DNA of 64,000 nt from a virus (lineage: Duplodnaviria > Caudoviricetes), in IMG/VR virus record IMGVR_UViG_3300017774_005022, positions 5,657 to 69,656 of that record. The stretch is one strand, 5' to 3'. The notes beneath the pieces are model-generated. The model saw nothing but the letters and a program-made list of their open reading frames with translations. It ran no database searches and had not been told where the DNA came from. The stretch's first letter is position 1, and each line of letters starts with the position of its first letter. Shown here piece by piece: positions 20,415 through 28,793 of the stretch. The position numbers and the translations under genes were made by a program.

Positions 20415-21001
20415 AGTTAAAAATTAATAATGTGATACCTACCGGGGGGTGGGTATATACTCATCCTAGTACTGGGTTTGTAGTCACGGCTCCTACTTGG
20501 AACGATTTGATTCTTCGGATTAGGAAGTATCGTATCGCCAATGGTATCTCTCTCGGCACGAACTTTGAAGAAACCATTGGTAGTGAAATTTGCCAGCAGC
20601 AAGGGTGGTCGGAACCAAATTGCATGCAAGAAGAACCCACTTCTTTAAAGTTACGGAGCATAGGTATGCAAGATGTTGTAGGGTTTCTTAAGGTTCTTAA
20701 ACACTGGCTTCTTAACAACCCCGTCTTTGTCGAACCCGAGGAAGCGGAACGAAGGGCTGGTATTTGTGCTACCTGTCCCTACAATGTCGATGTTAGCGGG
20801 TGCATGGGTTGCACCAACATTGCGGGACTGATTTTTAATGTCACTGGAGATCGTACAACTTCGCATGATTTAAGACTACGTAACTGTCAAATGTGTGGTT
20901 GTGTTAATAAGGCTCAAGTTTGGGTGCCACAAGAAACCTTGGCTCAAGGGCTCACTTCTGAGATAAGAGAAAGCCTACCCGCTTGGTGCTGGAAAAAGTA
21001 A
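20408..21001 (+). CDS. Cys-rich protein (multiple CxxC), last gene of the + strand structural operon
   Basis: ERRAGICATCP...GCMGC...NCQMCGC...CWKK; similar in style to the DUF6171-like domain at 7820. Confidence 0.7.
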   Translation: MLKLKINNVIPTGGWVYTHPSTGFVVTAPTWNDLILRIRKYRIANGISLGTNFEETIGSEICQQQGWSEPNCMQEEPTSLKLRSIGMQDVVGFLKVLKHWLLNNPVFVEPEEAERRAGICATCPYNVDVSGCMGCTNIAGLIFNVTGDRTTSHDLRLRNCQMCGCVNKAQVWVPQETLAQGLTSEIRESLPAWCWKK

Positions 21002-21003
21002 GG

Positions 21004-21270
21004 TCAATACAGTTCATGCTCTTCAACATCCCGATCAGGTTCGTAAAGCTCTATCCCAAAGTCAGGCTCATAGCTTTGGACAAGCGGGTTCCAAATCTTT
21101 CCTTTGGACGCGACTAGGTTGCGGTAGTTGTCTACGGCATTGAGCCAGCTAAACTCTAAGGGCTGGTTCCACTCCCTTGCTTCGGGGAAGTTCCAAGGGT
21201 ATGGACGTGGAATTGTTGAACAACCCACTGCCAGTAGGGCTAAGACTGCTCCTTGAATTCGTAGAACCAT
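21004..21270 (-). CDS. Small lipoprotein (88 aa)
   Basis: MVLRIQGAVLALLAVGC lipobox; AGGAGG SD upstream of ATG21270. The ORF-track start at 21513 overlaps another gene. Confidence 0.6.
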   Translation of the reverse strand: MVLRIQGAVLALLAVGCSTIPRPYPWNFPEAREWNQPLEFSWLNAVDNYRNLVASKGKIWNPLVQSYEPDFGIELYEPDRDVEEHELY

Positions 21271-21887
21271 AGCTCCTCCTCGCTTTCGCTGACCCAACGG
21301 CTTCCGGTGTGTTCGCAACTGAACTCCTGACTGAAGACTTTCCAGTCGGGCTTTTTCGGGAATGACTTGGCAATAAATGACCCGCCATCCATCCAAAGAA
21401 CTCGATTGTTGGGCTGGATAAAGAACTGCCCATCGCCTTTGAACACGTGGCCGCATTTGTGCCCCGCTGCTAGTTCTCCATATCCACTTTGAAACTGGGG
21501 GCCGAGAGCCCAATCCAAGGTAAACATGTACTGCGCTTTGTGCAGGGTGCGGTCTTTAAGCATGATATTCGCCGCACGATTTTTACAGTACTCAATGATT
21601 CCAGCGGAGCAGTAGTAGCTCATGGTGTCCCAAAGTTGTATCCAGTCCAAGGGGTAGCTAGTACCTCCGGTATCTTCGGTGTGGAGATATTGGATCGGGA
21701 CTCTTGCGTGTTGACTTCCGTACTCGGTCATTACACTAAACAACCCACACCGCTGTGGGATGGAGGTGAAGTTGAACACTTCTACCACAAGTCTTTTTCG
21801 GTTTACATCCGGTTCGAGGTCGTAGAGGAATCCGGTGTCGAGGTGAGCGAAAAATACGGGTATGTTGATGTTTAAATAATTGCTCAT
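21240..21887 (-). CDS. Conserved phage hypothetical protein
   Basis: YLNINIP...IQLWD...HKCGH...QPNNRVLW pattern, recognised from many aquatic phages. Confidence 0.65.
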   Translation of the reverse strand: MSNYLNINIPVFFAHLDTGFLYDLEPDVNRKRLVVEVFNFTSIPQRCGLFSVMTEYGSQHARVPIQYLHTEDTGGTSYPLDWIQLWDTMSYYCSAGIIEYCKNRAANIMLKDRTLHKAQYMFTLDWALGPQFQSGYGELAAGHKCGHVFKGDGQFFIQPNNRVLWMDGGSFIAKSFPKKPDWKVFSQEFSCEHTGSRWVSESEEELWFYEFKEQS

Positions 21888-22432
21888 TTAAATTTAGGAC
21901 AAGACTCGAAAGTATGGCCCGTGTTGTCTTTGCGGGAAACTAAAGGGTTGACGCTGCTTGGTATCGGCCAGTCTATTGCTGCGGTTTTGTCGTTCCACAA
22001 TAAGGTGTGTTCGGAAGTTGGGTCGTAGTAGCGGGTGCATTTGTAGTGGAAGATAACATCATCACTAAGACTGAAAAAACCGTGGGCAAATCCTTCCGGC
22101 ACAAACAGCATGAGCTTGTTGTATTCGGATAGCACGAATCCCTGCCACTCCCCAAAAGTATCAGAAGACTTTCGCAAGTCTACGATAACATCAAAGACGC
22201 AACCTTGCAGCACAGACACCAGTTTCTTTTGGGGATTGGGGAGTTGGTAATGGAGGCCGCGCAGCACGTTCTTTTTGGAATAGCTTACGTTGTCTTGAAC
22301 AAAGGTAAGCGGCAGCCCTAGTTTATCAAGGGTTCCTTGGTTCCAAGGTTCAAAGAAGCATCCCCGCTCGTCCTCGAATACCCTCGGATTAAGTAGCAGG
22401 GCGTCTTTAAGATTGGTTGGATAGATTATCAT
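21884..22432 (-). CDS. rmlC: dTDP-4-dehydrorhamnose 3,5-epimerase
   Basis: FEDERGCFFE, QDNVSYSKKNVLRGLHYQ, DVIVDLRKSSDTFGEW, VPEGFAHGF, YKCTRYYDP; full-length cupin. Confidence 0.95.
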   Translation of the reverse strand: MIIYPTNLKDALLLNPRVFEDERGCFFEPWNQGTLDKLGLPLTFVQDNVSYSKKNVLRGLHYQLPNPQKKLVSVLQGCVFDVIVDLRKSSDTFGEWQGFVLSEYNKLMLFVPEGFAHGFFSLSDDVIFHYKCTRYYDPTSEHTLLWNDKTAAIDWPIPSSVNPLVSRKDNTGHTFESCPKFK

Positions 22433-22850
22433 CTAACAGATTCAATGACACATCGGCTTCGCAGAACATCTTTCTAGCGATTTCGAAGGACTCTGTCCAT
22501 CGGTTAACTGGCGCATTTGGGCAATAAACTCTTTTAATCCCAGATTGGATGATGGCTGCGGCACACTGGCAACAGGGCTGGAATGGCCAGACATAAATAG
22601 CGTAGTCCGTAAGCTGTTCGTGCGCCGTGAGTATGGCATTTACTTCAGCATGCACGATATACTGTAGCTTCTTGTCACGGTCCAGTAGTCGTTCGGGGCT
22701 GTCTTCCACACCACGCGGTAGGCCGTTGAACCCTATGCTGGCGATGGTTCTGTCGGGCCGTACGATAACGGTCCCACATTGGGTGCTAGGATCTTTGCTC
22801 CAGTTGGCTACGTGTTTAGCCAAATCTAAGAAGCGTGTATCCCATTTCAT
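22407..22850 (-). CDS. dCMP deaminase
   Basis: WSKDPSTQCG, GFNGLPRG, HAEVNA and PCCQC zinc motifs. Confidence 0.92.
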   Translation of the reverse strand: MKWDTRFLDLAKHVANWSKDPSTQCGTVIVRPDRTIASIGFNGLPRGVEDSPERLLDRDKKLQYIVHAEVNAILTAHEQLTDYAIYVWPFQPCCQCAAAIIQSGIKRVYCPNAPVNRWTESFEIARKMFCEADVSLNLLDDNLSNQS

Positions 22851-23536
22851 GCTAGTAATCTTTCAATCTCTTCGATGTGCGTCTCGATGCCATCCCAAGA
22901 ACGGAACTGGCGAACGTAGGTAGGATCTCCGAGAGGGTCTCTCCATTCAAATTTATCGTTGTGCATTGCCCACAAATACGCGCCGATTACGTTGAACTCG
23001 CTAAACGATCTAAAGGGTCTATCTAAAACAAATTCTTCCAAAGTCTTGGAATATTTTTCTTCGATGAATCCGCGAAGCTGACCATACACCCATCTCGGAT
23101 ACACAAAAGGAAACCTTCGCATAAACTCATTCTCCGGAACCCAACCTAGTACTTCCGATACTATTGGTTGCCAAGGACATCCCGGCAACTTGGAATATGG
23201 TTCATAATATTGAATAGTCTTACCACCTATAATGAAAGTTTCTGGGGTCACCTCTTGGGTGAACACGGTGTCTGAGTCAAAGTGCAGTATAAAATCTGCG
23301 TCAGTATAGGTGTCGACCATCAACTTAGTAATCTGCTGCCCGAGGTAATCGTCGGAATAAATCGGACACTCGTGAATTTTTTCGAGTGTTAGATGTTTTA
23401 GATCATCTCCTTGTCCTTGGGGTACAACAATGTGTATGTTGCGAAACCCTTTGGCTCGCATGTTTATTGATCTGAGGGCGTGGGGTAGCCACGAGAAGTC
23501 ACCACTATACGATCGAATTACTATGTCCGTTGTCAT
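22847..23536 (-). CDS. Glycosyltransferase-like protein (GT-A fold, DUF6492-like)
   Basis: IVIRSYSGD start, YLGQQITKL, ILHFDSD (DxD), FSEFNVIG. Confidence 0.65.
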   Translation of the reverse strand: MTTDIVIRSYSGDFSWLPHALRSINMRAKGFRNIHIVVPQGQGDDLKHLTLEKIHECPIYSDDYLGQQITKLMVDTYTDADFILHFDSDTVFTQEVTPETFIIGGKTIQYYEPYSKLPGCPWQPIVSEVLGWVPENEFMRRFPFVYPRWVYGQLRGFIEEKYSKTLEEFVLDRPFRSFSEFNVIGAYLWAMHNDKFEWRDPLGDPTYVRQFRSWDGIETHIEEIERLLA

Positions 23537-24087
23537 TAGAATTGAAGAATGATAAGGGCATCATCAAAGCGGCCCTTTGCGTTGCGGAAATCTAGAGTAA
23601 CACAATCGGCATGCAACTTCCGAAAAGCGGAGGACACGCTGTCGAAGTCTAGTATATCCTCGACAATGTAAATCCCGCCGGGGTTCATGCAGCTTCGCAA
23701 TAAATTGAAAGTCGTTACTTGATCTGAGGGCATGTGAGACCCGTCATCAATCACAACATCAAATTTCGTGTCTCCTAGTTTGTCCAAGATCTCCGGTTTA
23801 GTGGCATCGGCTTCGAGTATGTTGACACGCGGAGCTTTGAACTCAGAGGTATCAAATACAATACTAATGTCCGCTCCGTATATCCTAGCATCCTTGCCAA
23901 AGTATTCATCCCACATTCGAACCGAGTAGCCGAAAGCCAAGCCGATCTCTAAGATGGTTCCGGATTCACGGTACGGCTTCAGTAGTTCTTCGTATACGGG
24001 AATGTACGAGTGCAGGTTGCCCTTATCGGCATGTCCGACATCTCCCTCAAGCCCGTGCTTCGAGTATATTTCTTGTAGAGTTTGCAT
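23536..24087 (-). CDS. Class I SAM-dependent methyltransferase (sugar O-methyltransferase-like)
   Basis: ILEIG...G.S, IYGADI, FDVVIDDGSH, PGGIYIVED. Confidence 0.9.
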   Translation of the reverse strand: MQTLQEIYSKHGLEGDVGHADKGNLHSYIPVYEELLKPYRESGTILEIGLAFGYSVRMWDEYFGKDARIYGADISIVFDTSEFKAPRVNILEADATKPEILDKLGDTKFDVVIDDGSHMPSDQVTTFNLLRSCMNPGGIYIVEDILDFDSVSSAFRKLHADCVTLDFRNAKGRFDDALIILQF

Positions 24088-24092
24088 ATGGT

Positions 24093-24848
24093 TTAATACG
24101 ATAGATTGTAAGCTTGCCTATCTAAATCTGTAATTTCAATACAAGGACTGGCGAACATATCTTCTCCGGAGACTGCTTCCCAGAACTCATTAGTAAGTGG
24201 CAGCCGCAAGAACTTCTCGTTCATACTTTTCATTAACCACAGCGTGAAATATTTTGAGGTGTGGTTTGGAGTGTAGCACATCTTAAGCTTGGTCCAGTTC
24301 TCTTTGAAATACTCGGCCATGTCCGGAAAATCTGAAATCTTGCAGATAGAACAAAACTTCTCAATCGCCAGTAGGCCACGCTCTGACCAATCATCAGGCA
24401 CGACTCCCGTGGTAACGAAGTCGTTGTAGAATATGAAGTGATCATGAAAGTTGGGTATGGAAATATCTATCCCGGCTTTCATACCGAACTGGTAGATATT
24501 TTTATCGGCTTCTCTGGATGTATTAAACATCCCGTAGTTACCGAAGTGTTCGTGGATAAAGATGTCAGTGGAGCCGAGTAGAGGCAGGATACGTTCGTCA
24601 GTCTCCAATGAATCTATGGCTTTCTCAAAACTTTCTACTAGCTGGTCGTTTGAATCCCAGTGCCAGTCGAAAGGATTGACGTAAGAGATGGTCATTGAGC
24701 CGTCACTCATGTTGTTCCACCTAGTGAGGTAGTTTAGAAATGCCATCGTCCTACACGAACCTAAAATTAATACGTGGGTTGCTCCGCTTCCTGTTCTATA
24801 AAAACCATCGCGCAACTGTGCTAGCTTTGTGTCGTAAGTATATATCAT
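24093..24848 (-). CDS. Hypothetical protein, possibly SGNH/WcbI-like glycan acyl-modifying enzyme
   Basis: ILGSCR near the N-terminus and YTPNH near the C-terminus; lies within the glycan cassette. Confidence 0.35.
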   Translation of the reverse strand: MIYTYDTKLAQLRDGFYRTGSGATHVLILGSCRTMAFLNYLTRWNNMSDGSMTISYVNPFDWHWDSNDQLVESFEKAIDSLETDERILPLLGSTDIFIHEHFGNYGMFNTSREADKNIYQFGMKAGIDISIPNFHDHFIFYNDFVTTGVVPDDWSERGLLAIEKFCSICKISDFPDMAEYFKENWTKLKMCYTPNHTSKYFTLWLMKSMNEKFLRLPLTNEFWEAVSGEDMFASPCIEITDLDRQAYNLSY

Positions 24849-25561
24849 ACAATATGTTTGTGTAGTTCTCGCATCATCGTTAGATCGAGGCTTCTGTTGT
24901 GATCCTGCTTAAGTCTGAAAAAGAAATGCCTTTCGGCTTTACGCATGTCTGAAAAATCTCGAAAGGTAAAGTTGTCGGAACCGCCGTAGCATAGGCATAG
25001 GTATTCATCAGAGTTATTTAGATTGAGGGAACAAGCCATTGCACCTTGGTCGAGCGAGATGTTAAGAGCTTCTGCCATCCTTGAAATAGCTACATCTTCC
25101 ATAAGATCATTCCGCCAAATGTCTTTGTTGGCTACTATTTTTTCTACGACATCCCGTGAAAGAATAAACTGACCGCCACCCCAAAGAAAACGGACACCCA
25201 GCTCGCTGCCCGTGACAAGTGCTTTAAGCACTCCAAGTTTTGGTAGGGTCTGAACATGCTCGACTAGATTTTTTTTGTGGACGTAACAACTGGAGTTAGG
25301 TCTTGCCATGTACTCCCAATCTGGGATAGCGAGTGCTAGTTCGAAGGCTTCCATGGTTCGGCTAGACAGGTCATCAAGATCATCACTAATCTTGGAGTAG
25401 AAAATATTGTTGCCTACTGGACCGGAAGTGTTGCCGCAGTAGTACATGGTGCGAGTACTAGGGTGCTCGATTTTGTCCCAAGTATCCCTAGAGGTGTCCA
25501 TGAGTTCACCCCAAGGAGTTCTTCTGGAACTCATTACCAGTATTAGAATAGATTTTTCCAC
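24845..25561 (-). CDS. Glycosyltransferase, GT31/fringe-like
   Basis: ILILVMSS, YMARPNSSCYVH, FLWGGGQFILSRDVV, MEDVAISRM. Confidence 0.7.
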   Translation of the reverse strand: MEKSILILVMSSRRTPWGELMDTSRDTWDKIEHPSTRTMYYCGNTSGPVGNNIFYSKISDDLDDLSSRTMEAFELALAIPDWEYMARPNSSCYVHKKNLVEHVQTLPKLGVLKALVTGSELGVRFLWGGGQFILSRDVVEKIVANKDIWRNDLMEDVAISRMAEALNISLDQGAMACSLNLNNSDEYLCLCYGGSDNFTFRDFSDMRKAERHFFFRLKQDHNRSLDLTMMRELHKHIV

Positions 25562-25565
25562 GAAC

Positions 25566-25799
25566 CTACCTAAAGCGTGAAGCTTTATCGGCGATCTTTT
25601 TAGGCTGCTTCACAAACTGTTTACCGGAACGATTGCCCTCGGCTTTGGCTTTGTTGGTAGCGGCTTTCTCTGCGGGGGAGAGCGCATTCCAAGCTGCGTC
25701 TGGCAGGTAACGTTTCTTACCTTTGGACGGAGTGCTGTCGGACGTACGCCATTCTTGGGCTGTCCAATCTTTAAGGGACTGTTGAGATTTTTTAAGCAT
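25566..25799 (-). CDS. DUF5872-like protein, C-terminal half
   Basis: SQQSLKDWTAQEWRT...RYLPDAAWNALSPAEKAATNKAK.EG...GKQFV. Confidence 0.75.
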   Translation of the reverse strand: MLKKSQQSLKDWTAQEWRTSDSTPSKGKKRYLPDAAWNALSPAEKAATNKAKAEGNRSGKQFVKQPKKIADKASRFR

Positions 25800-25801
25800 G
25801 G

Positions 25802-25981
25802 TTAGTTACTATAGCCGCCGCCAGATTTTTTGTAAGCTGACGCCAGAAGTTGTGCTTTGCGAGCCGACCATTCGCCCGGATCGCCGCCCTTGGTACCTGC
25901 TTTAATGCGATTAAACAAACGTTTACGCATGGTTGGTTTGGTATAGTTACCTGCTTCGTTTACTTTGCTTTTTGATTCCAT
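25802..25981 (-). CDS. DUF5872-like protein, N-terminal half (59 aa, not in ORF track)
   Basis: Translated by hand: MESKSKVNEAGNYTKPTMRKRLFNRIKAGTKGGDPGEWSARKAQLLASAYKKSGGGYSN*. Confidence 0.8.
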   Translation of the reverse strand: MESKSKVNEAGNYTKPTMRKRLFNRIKAGTKGGDPGEWSARKAQLLASAYKKSGGGYSN

Positions 25982-26080
25982 AAGTACTGTGCCTCCTACT
26001 CGTGGTAGTTTTTAATAGCATCGACTGCGATGGCCACGCCTATCGACAAGACAATGAGAAAGAAGCCGAACTCAGCCATA

Positions 26081-26224
26081 CTACTTGGCGAGCATGAAGA
26101 GACCCGCGTTTGCGAAAGCGTATCCCGCATACGCGAGACACATCCCATGATTCCCCCGCCATCCTTGTTCGATTGAAACATAAGCGTAGATAAATCCTAC
26201 TAAGATTATGAGGGGTCCGGACAT
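26081..26224 (-). CDS. 47-aa two-TM small membrane protein (not in ORF track)
   Basis: MSGPLIILVGFIYAYVSIEQGWRGNHGMCLAYAGYAFANAGLFMLAK*; ATGA overlap with the upstream gene. Confidence 0.65.
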   Translation of the reverse strand: MSGPLIILVGFIYAYVSIEQGWRGNHGMCLAYAGYAFANAGLFMLAK

Positions 26225-26412
26225 CAGACTACAACTTCCCCTTTATATAGGGAAGCTGAAGCTTTTTTAACGAAGAGCCACGCCAGAGCTACTCTCCCCC
26301 AAAGACTGCAAGCACGGAAGTGTACATCAACTTCCGAGTCTGCCATTTCGATTACTTCGATTCTGGCTTTGGTTTTTGGCTTACGTTTAGGTTTTGTATT
26401 TTTACTTTTCAT
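26224..26412 (-). CDS. Hypothetical protein (62 aa)
   Basis: Coupled ORF with a basic N-terminus. Confidence 0.5.
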   Translation of the reverse strand: MKSKNTKPKRKPKTKARIEVIEMADSEVDVHFRACSLWGRVALAWLFVKKASASLYKGEVVV

Positions 26413-26416
26413 AAAT

Positions 26417-26707
26417 TTAAATAATTACTCCGTCATTGTGTTTGGCTACGAAAGCACATACTTCCCCAGCCAGACGCCCAATCTCTTCAACAGCTTCTTC
26501 ATCTATATCGAAAAGTCTAGAATGAATCAACTCATGGCACACAAGTTCGATGCCCCTACTTTTGATGCCTCGGGGGTGTAGATAGATAACTCTATCGTCG
26601 AGAACACAGAGACCATCATAAGCAGCTTTACCGGGAGGACGTTGTATTTTTACCTTCCACCAACGGCCTGCAATTTTTATGCGTTTGGTTGGTATCTTCT
26701 GTTTCAT
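26417..26707 (-). CDS. Small zincin-like metallopeptidase (HExxH)
   Basis: YDGLC...IYL...VCHELIH...EEAVE. Confidence 0.65.
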   Translation of the reverse strand: MKQKIPTKRIKIAGRWWKVKIQRPPGKAAYDGLCVLDDRVIYLHPRGIKSRGIELVCHELIHSRLFDIDEEAVEEIGRLAGEVCAFVAKHNDGVII

Positions 26708-26806
26708 GTGTCAAAGACAAATAATATCTTCAAAAAATGGCGTATCAACCAGAAAAAAAGAGCCCAGAAAACTAAACAACCTAGTACTAAACTAGGTATA
26801 GTGAGA

Positions 26807-27283
26807 TTAACGCGAGAGTTTTTTCTTTGTGTATTTGTTTTCATTGCCGATAAGATGCCAAGCTGAATTGTATTCGTGATACTTGTTACTTAAATTCAAA
26901 TTAACGGTCTCTAATCTATCCACTGGGATTATCCACCAAGTGTTGAGTGGCATGATGAAGGCTGCATAAATATCGCAGTCTCTCCAGTTATAGGATTTCC
27001 TTACTCTGCCCCTGCCATAAACAGTCTTGAACCGATAGGCTCCATTTGAAGTTTTGCTAACGTACTTAATTTGAACCCTACTCAGTGTCTTTTGGGTGTC
27101 GACGATGGCATCATATCTGGTGTCTTCGCCGACAGGGATGGAGACTTTCCAGCCTCGCTTCATACACTCTACCATGAAGGCTAGTTCATACAAAGCTCCG
27201 TTGTGTTTATGTGAGAGGGTCACGTTAATAAAACTAGCGAGGGCTTTGGTCCATGAAGTAGGCGTCTGTTGGTCTGCCGCCAT
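26807..27283 (-). CDS. PD-(D/E)XK endonuclease (group I intron-associated PDDEXK_5-like), free-standing
   Basis: GALYELAF...VSIPVGEDTRYDAIVD...RVQIK...Y...DCDIYAAF. Start uncertain (ATG27283 or GTG27223). Confidence 0.8.
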   Translation of the reverse strand: MAADQQTPTSWTKALASFINVTLSHKHNGALYELAFMVECMKRGWKVSIPVGEDTRYDAIVDTQKTLSRVQIKYVSKTSNGAYRFKTVYGRGRVRKSYNWRDCDIYAAFIMPLNTWWIIPVDRLETVNLNLSNKYHEYNSAWHLIGNENKYTKKKLSR

Positions 27284-27381
27284 AATACTCGCACCCTTCA
27301 GATAGTAGCACGAACCCAACAGCGACAGCCAACAAACACACTACTATCATAGGATGCAGTTTTGCAACCTTGATCGCCGAG

Positions 27382-27600
27382 TCACTGCTTGCTGCGATTG
27401 ACTGACTTAGATAAGACTCGGAGGTTATTAGCTGCATTGTGTAGACCATTGATGTGGTCAACATCTTTGCCGTCTCCTTTGCGAACCTTGCCCTTACGCA
27501 TCATCATGCGTCGAGCGGCGTTGCGAACAGCGCGGCGTTTCTTCTGGTCTTCGGTACCTTGGTAGTTTTCGTACTCGGCTTTGTAGTTACGGTTGCTCAT
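27382..27600 (-). CDS. Small HNH endonuclease
   Basis: RNYKAEY...RAVRNAARR...GDGKDVDH...N...NLRV.S.S.NRS. Confidence 0.8.
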   Translation of the reverse strand: MSNRNYKAEYENYQGTEDQKKRRAVRNAARRMMMRKGKVRKGDGKDVDHINGLHNAANNLRVLSKSVNRSKQ

Positions 27601-27808
27601 CGTTACTGAAGTCTGGTTCGGCTCCTCCATCCTCCACTTTCAAACTGGGCAGTTCGTTGAGCAAGGACATTTCGAGAACCGTGTCTGCAATCTTCAATGA
27701 GACTACCGACAAGGCGTCGACATTCCAACCTTTATTTTCTGGCTGTGAGGCGAGCAGTCCCGAGAGGGCGTGTCCTGCAAGCATGATGCGTCTATCTTCT
27801 GGTTTCAT
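27587..27808 (-). CDS. Hypothetical protein (73 aa)
   Basis: R...AG.ALSGLLA...SLKIADTVL pattern common in small phage proteins. Confidence 0.55.
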   Translation of the reverse strand: MKPEDRRIMLAGHALSGLLASQPENKGWNVDALSVVSLKIADTVLEMSLLNELPSLKVEDGGAEPDFSNDEQP

Positions 27809-27809
27809 A

Positions 27810-27914
27810 TTAGTGCTTTCTGTAGGTTACGTTGAACACGTTTGGGTCCCAGCATGCGCGGCAACTGCCGCATTTGTTATCCTGCTTACTCGCTGGGCAA
27901 GTGAAGCTGGTCTG
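27810..27914 (-). pseudogene. Start-less remnant resembling the C-terminus of phage GP88-family proteins
   Basis: QTSFTCPASKQDNKCGSCRACWDPNVFNVTYRKH*, bounded upstream by an in-frame TAA with no start codon. Confidence 0.55.
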
Positions 27915-27917
27915 TTA

Positions 27918-27946
27918 ATCATGTGTAACATAGGGTATACTGTCAA
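27918..27946 (-). promoter_or_regulatory. Sigma70-type promoter candidate
   Basis: TTGACA (27946-27941), 17-nt spacer, CATGAT (27923-27918). Confidence 0.5.
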
Positions 27947-28132
27947 GTTGTTCGCGTGTTGTTCTGCCGGATGCGCGACCCCCGACATCTATCGAGAGCT
28001 ACTAGTGGATATGTAATCAACTGCGCCATTATTACGAAGGAGGTAACCTGTCGTAGAAGTGGTTGCGTTATTATTGTCTGATGTTGTAGCATGGAAGCAT
28101 CACCCCCTTATAAGTTGTTGGTTTAGATTGAC

Positions 28133-28423
28133 TTAGTTATTTTTAAAGTCAATCGGACTGGTTTTTAATAGTGTCTCAATAGGAATGTACCTGCCTTCTT
28201 GTGCGATCATATCTGGTTCTGGAATCACAAATGCTGGCGTCATGTAAATGATCTCATCATCTGGATCCATAGCTGGGATGAACAACACATCGCAGGTCTC
28301 CCCGGTTTTGCAATCTAGACACTTAACTATTTCGCAGTCTTCAAAGCGGTTAGCTAGGAAGAGGCGAATGACGGAGAGGCGTACCAACGCCCCCGGATCT
28401 ACTGGTTCTGTTTCATCTGACAT
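28133..28423 (-). CDS. Hypothetical protein (96 aa)
   Basis: ORF in a tandem - strand array. Confidence 0.55.
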   Translation of the reverse strand: MSDETEPVDPGALVRLSVIRLFLANRFEDCEIVKCLDCKTGETCDVLFIPAMDPDDEIIYMTPAFVIPEPDMIAQEGRYIPIETLLKTSPIDFKNN

Positions 28424-28424
28424 A

Positions 28425-28793
28425 TTAGGTTTTCATTTTTTCTATAACTTTGGAGGTTAATACTTTACCCCATGACTCCGGTGTTAACTCGGCCATCTGA
28501 ACAGATGGGGACGAGAACAACCGGAGCCATCGGGTCAAGGGTTCGGAGTTCGGGGACAGGTCATCGTACAAACAATACTCGCGGACAAAGACAACCAGAT
28601 CTTCCACAAAAAGAAAGACACAGTCATCCGTATCTTCTTGATAGCAGGGGTAGCCATCTTCCCCCACATTGTCTGCCATCCTTGAAGCAGTCTGTAACCA
28701 TTGTTGAGTGGACGCTGCACTGGCCCAGTCTGGGAGTACGTAGCTAGGATCTCTAGCCAACGATACAACCATCTGCACTTCGTGGCTTGTCAC
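28425..28793 (-). CDS. Hypothetical protein (122 aa)
   Basis: ORF coupled to the upstream gene by an ATGA overlap. Confidence 0.55.
   Translation of the reverse strand: MTSHEVQMVVSLARDPSYVLPDWASAASTQQWLQTASRMADNVGEDGYPCYQEDTDDCVFLFVEDLVVFVREYCLYDDLSPNSEPLTRWLRLFSSPSVQMAELTPESWGKVLTSKVIEKMKT

Noticed and set aside
21271-21513. Extended N-terminus of the lipoprotein ORF
   Set aside because: Overlaps the 215-aa gene; SD and lipobox support ATG21270.
25797-25804. Programmed frameshift joining the DUF5872 halves
   Set aside because: No slippery heptamer at the junction, and the second half has its own ATG.
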